From Methanotrichaceae archaeon (GTDB lineage: Archaea > Halobacteriota > Methanosarcinia > Methanotrichales > Methanotrichaceae), in NCBI GenBank assembly GCA_963754945.1, contig CAVWIG010000038.1, positions 1-56,656 of the forward strand: DNA of 56,656 nt. The letters run 5' to 3'. The position numbers and the translations under genes are program-made. Shown piece by piece: positions 52,994 through 56,656 of this stretch. Under the pieces are notes generated by a model. The model had not been told where the DNA came from, ran no database searches, and worked only from the letters and a program-made list of their open reading frames with translations. Positions within the stretch are counted from its first letter, which is position 1. Every line of letters begins with the position of its first letter.

Positions 52994-55408
52994 TCATCTC
53001 CCAATCATTTTCTCTGTCTCCAGAACCTTTAGTGTGATCTTCATCACCGAGTCCGGGTTAATGGATATGGAGTCTATTCCCTCCTTTACCAGGAACTCAG
53101 CAAACTCGGGGTAATCACTGGGTGCCTGGCCGCACAGTCCGCTATGTCTGTTGTTCCGTTTGGTTCCCTGGATGGCGAGGGAAACCATCTTCTTGACAGC
53201 TGGATCTCTTTCGTCGAACTCCTTGGCAAGCAGTTCGGAATCCCTGTCGATTCCCAGGGTTAGCTGGGTCAGATCGTTGGAGCCTATGGACATACCGTCT
53301 ACCAGCTGACAGAACTCATCCACCATAATAACATTGCTGGGGATCTCGCACATGAGATACACTTTTAGTCCGTTATCGCCGCTCTTCAGGCCGTTCTTCT
53401 CCATCTCTGCCAATACTTTCTTGGCTTCATCCACTCGACGGCAGAATGGTATCATTACTATCACGTTGTCGAGACTCATAACTTCTCGGACACGTTTGAG
53501 GGCAGCACACTCCATGGCAAAACCCTCTCTGTACCGCTCATTGTAGTATCGAGAGGCTCCTCGGAACCCTAGCATCGGGTTATTTTCCTCTAGCTCGAAG
53601 TCCTTGCCACCGATTAGGTTGGCGTATTCGTTCGACTTGAAATCGCTGAGACGAACTACGACCGGTCGAGGGTAAAAGGCAGCGGCTAAGGTTCCTATTC
53701 CCTGGGAGAGCTTCTCCACGAAGTATTCCTTTTTGTCATCATAGCCAAAAGTCAGATCCTCGATTTCCTTCCTCGTGGCTTCGTCCTTGACCATTTCAGG
53801 ATGGATCAACGCCATTGGATGGACTTTGATGTAGCTACTTATTATGAACTCCAGGCGAGCCAGACCAACGCCGTCATTAGGGATCATGGATGTGGAGAAG
53901 GCCACCTCGGGATTGCCCAGGTTTATCATAACCTCTGTCTTGGGCCGAGATAGGTTCTTTAAGTCGATCTTCTCAACATTAAAAGGCAATTTTCCCTCGA
54001 ATACTACGCCCACATCGCCTTCTGCACAGCTTACCGTTACTTCTTGGCCAGTCTTGATCTTCTCAGTGGCCCCATCTGCTCCCACCACGGCAGGTATCCC
54101 GAACTCTCGGCTGACTATGGCCGCATGGCTGGTCCTTCCGCCCAAGTTGGTCACTACGGCAGCAGCTTTTTTCATAACCGGCTCCCAGTCTGGGGTAGTG
54201 GTATCGGAGATCAACACCTCTCCTGCCTGGAAAGAGGAAAGTTGAGACGGGTCAGCTATTATTCTGGCCTTGCCGCTGGCGATTTTCTCACCGATACTCC
54301 GGCCAGTGACAATTACCGGACCTTTCTCCTCTAATTGATAGGTCTCAAGAACGTCCTTGGCTCTTTGGGATTGCACAGTCTCTGGCCTTGCCTGGACTAT
54401 GAAGAGTTCTCCAGTTTTCCCGTCCTTGGCCCATTCGATGTCCATGGGCCGTTCCTTTCCAAGCTTCTTCGAGTAATGATCCTCGATTATTATCGCATAG
54501 TTAGCCAGAGTCAGAACTTCCTCGTCGGATAAGCAGAACTTTTTGCGGTCTGTTTCAGACACATCCACATTATAAGTCAGGGCCTTTTCCTTGCCTGTGC
54601 CGTAGATCATTTTTATTTTCTTGTCCCCGAGGGTCTTTCGAATGATGGGTTTGAACCCCTTTTTAAAAGTGGTCTTGAAAACGTAGAATTCGTCAGGGTT
54701 AACAGCCCCCTGGACTATGTTCTCCCCCAAACCATAAGAACCGGTTATGAAGACAACGTCCCTAAAGCCCGATTCTGTATCCAGTGTGAAAATAACCCCG
54801 CTGGCGGCTAGGTCCGACCTAACCATCTTCATGATGCCTATCGAGAGGGCTACCTTGAATTGATCAAAATCATTGTCTATGCGGTAGGAGATTGCCCTGT
54901 CTGTGAAGAGTGACGCGTAGCATTTGATGCAGGCATCCTTCAACTCTTCGTATCCTCGCACGTTCAGGAAGGTCTCCTGCTGGCCGGCGAAGGACGCTGT
55001 TGGCAGATCCTCGGCTGTCGCAGAGCTGCGCACGGCCACGTCTGTGTCTTTCCCGTATTGTTCGCCTAAATTATCGTAGGAAGTCCTTATCTCTGCCCAG
55101 AGGTCTTCCGGGATCTTGGCTCCCAGTATAAGCTCACGAGCCCTTTTGCCTTTCGCTGCAAGCTCCTCCACGTTGCTCTTCTTATCGAGTCCTGCCAAAG
55201 CTTCCTTGAGCTTGTCTAAAATTCCCGCAGCCTCCAGCAGGTGCCAGTAGGCATCTGAAGTTGTGGCAAATCCGTTGGGAATCTTGACCCCTTTAGATGT
55301 GAGATCCTGGTACATTTCCCCTAAAGAGGCATTCTTTCCACCTACCGACGGCACATCCTCGATACGTATCTCATCAAACCAGAGCGTGAATTTACTTTCT
55401 TGTGACAT
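52994..55408 (-). CDS. ppsA: Phosphoenolpyruvate synthase
   Basis: VGGKNASLGEM, AVRSSATAEDLP, QARPETV, GGRTSHAAIVSRE, SIGSNDLTQL. Confidence 0.97.
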   Translation of the reverse strand: MSQESKFTLWFDEIRIEDVPSVGGKNASLGEMYQDLTSKGVKIPNGFATTSDAYWHLLEAAGILDKLKEALAGLDKKSNVEELAAKGKRARELILGAKIPEDLWAEIRTSYDNLGEQYGKDTDVAVRSSATAEDLPTASFAGQQETFLNVRGYEELKDACIKCYASLFTDRAISYRIDNDFDQFKVALSIGIMKMVRSDLAASGVIFTLDTESGFRDVVFITGSYGLGENIVQGAVNPDEFYVFKTTFKKGFKPIIRKTLGDKKIKMIYGTGKEKALTYNVDVSETDRKKFCLSDEEVLTLANYAIIIEDHYSKKLGKERPMDIEWAKDGKTGELFIVQARPETVQSQRAKDVLETYQLEEKGPVIVTGRSIGEKIASGKARIIADPSQLSSFQAGEVLISDTTTPDWEPVMKKAAAVVTNLGGRTSHAAIVSREFGIPAVVGADGATEKIKTGQEVTVSCAEGDVGVVFEGKLPFNVEKIDLKNLSRPKTEVMINLGNPEVAFSTSMIPNDGVGLARLEFIISSYIKVHPMALIHPEMVKDEATRKEIEDLTFGYDDKKEYFVEKLSQGIGTLAAAFYPRPVVVRLSDFKSNEYANLIGGKDFELEENNPMLGFRGASRYYNERYREGFAMECAALKRVREVMSLDNVIVMIPFCRRVDEAKKVLAEMEKNGLKSGDNGLKVYLMCEIPSNVIMVDEFCQLVDGMSIGSNDLTQLTLGIDRDSELLAKEFDERDPAVKKMVSLAIQGTKRNNRHSGLCGQAPSDYPEFAEFLVKEGIDSISINPDSVMKITLKVLETEKMIGR

Positions 55409-55447
55409 AGTTCCTCAAATACAAAACAAAGTTGATCGAGAGTTCGA

Positions 55448-56596
55448 TCAGGACAGTTTATCCGGCCACACTCCGTGGACCACTCCCAGTGCCCTGTCCA
55501 CAGAACTGTGAACCCTGTCCACCGGAAATCCGCAGAACAGGAGGTAAGCCTCGGCGTAATTTGGCACGGGGAGGGACATCTGTTCTACGAGCATGACAGT
55601 CTGCATTATTGTATAATCGCCTAGCTTAAAGGGTATTATTGCATCCGAAAAAAGCAGCTCGAAGATCTCGGGGCTTATCGGCCGCTCAAATGCTGAGACA
55701 AAGGCCTCCAGGATCTCGCTCGTCCAGTCGTGCTTCCTTCCGGTGTCATTGTAGGGAACTACCACAACACGTCTGGTGTTGGAGAGACTCTCAAGCAGCA
55801 TCTCGGGCTCTTGTTCTCCATCAAAAACGAGGTTCAGTTGATGTACGTGTGGCATGGTAATCGGAACTTTGCTGGCCCTGACCGAGAACTTAACGTCCTT
55901 AAAAACAGTCCCTGCATCCTTTCCCTGATGCCCCACACCGCTCCCGAACTGGATGGCGTTTGGAGATACCTTGACGATGTTGTGCGGGTCCCCGCTTCTG
56001 CGATCGAGGTTTCCGAGGACAGCCCGAAGGCCTAATGGTCTCACTGCCAGGACGGCCCTGCAGAGGGCTGTCGTGTTGCAGCTTGTGCATTGTATCAACT
56101 TTGGAGCAGCCTTCTGAAATCGTTCATAGTTCTCCAGGCCGAAGAAGAACTCTCTTCCCAGATCCTCTTTGATCTTATCGGATATCTCAACCTTTTTCTC
56201 ATCGAGACCGTTAAGTATCTCGCCTCTGTGAGCCCCTCCCATCAACAAGGTATTGCATTCGTGGGCTATGCTCGCCTCGACATAAGGCAGTTCCTGGCCC
56301 TCTGGAGTCCCCACCACTATTAAATCAGATTCTTCGAAGAAATCATCGTTGTTGCCTTCAATCCTGGCCCCGACTCTCTCCCAACCGGCCCTGTCTTTCT
56401 CATCCGTCAAGAAGGCTCTTACACTGTACATCCTCGTGAATTTACTGAGCATGCTCTTAGCCCTGGCATGAGTGGTGCGAAGCAGCACGTTCAAATCACC
56501 TTCAAGTCCTTCAGCTTCCTTTACTTGGTGAATAGCAGGAATGGCCCTCTTGCTCTCCGTCCCATCAAAGCCTACAAAACCGACATTTAATTTCAT
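55448..56596 (-). CDS. Divergent archaeal-type (type II) glyceraldehyde-3-phosphate dehydrogenase homologue
   Basis: SCNTTALCR catalytic motif; RRSGDP; KVPITMPHVH; atypical N-terminal GFDGTESKR. Confidence 0.75.
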   Translation of the reverse strand: MKLNVGFVGFDGTESKRAIPAIHQVKEAEGLEGDLNVLLRTTHARAKSMLSKFTRMYSVRAFLTDEKDRAGWERVGARIEGNNDDFFEESDLIVVGTPEGQELPYVEASIAHECNTLLMGGAHRGEILNGLDEKKVEISDKIKEDLGREFFFGLENYERFQKAAPKLIQCTSCNTTALCRAVLAVRPLGLRAVLGNLDRRSGDPHNIVKVSPNAIQFGSGVGHQGKDAGTVFKDVKFSVRASKVPITMPHVHQLNLVFDGEQEPEMLLESLSNTRRVVVVPYNDTGRKHDWTSEILEAFVSAFERPISPEIFELLFSDAIIPFKLGDYTIMQTVMLVEQMSLPVPNYAEAYLLFCGFPVDRVHSSVDRALGVVHGVWPDKLS

Positions 56597-56656
56597 AGAA
56601 CAACCACTTAGAGTATCTTATACGTCAGGAAGATATTTCAAATTTTCTATAATAGT

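Overview
Archaeal chromosome segment from a methanogen. The methanogen-type SerRS, DUF1699 paralogues and many secreted, NxT-rich proteins point to Methanotrichaceae/Methanosarcinales (inference). The window splits at a tRNA-Val(GAC)/tRNA-Phe(GAA) pair near 26 kb. The left half is a plastic accessory region with secreted proteins, decayed genes, a truncated IS630 and a wHTH-pseudokinase-receiver fusion whose phospho-His is replaced by Tyr. It also holds an array of same-strand gene cassettes (including a RelE-type toxin-antitoxin pair) separated by three copies of a 100-220 bp repeat, and a divergent MCM-like gene split by an IS66 that itself carries a nested IS701-family element. The right half is mostly core genes: carAB, serS-pcc1-DHH-rps15, nrdD with a ferredoxin, sod, pyrC, LSm-rpl37e-purF, ppsA and a divergent GAPDH, plus one IS5. 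Several genes, including carB, carry single-base indels that may be sequencing or assembly errors. All product calls come from motif recognition by eye; no database searches were run.
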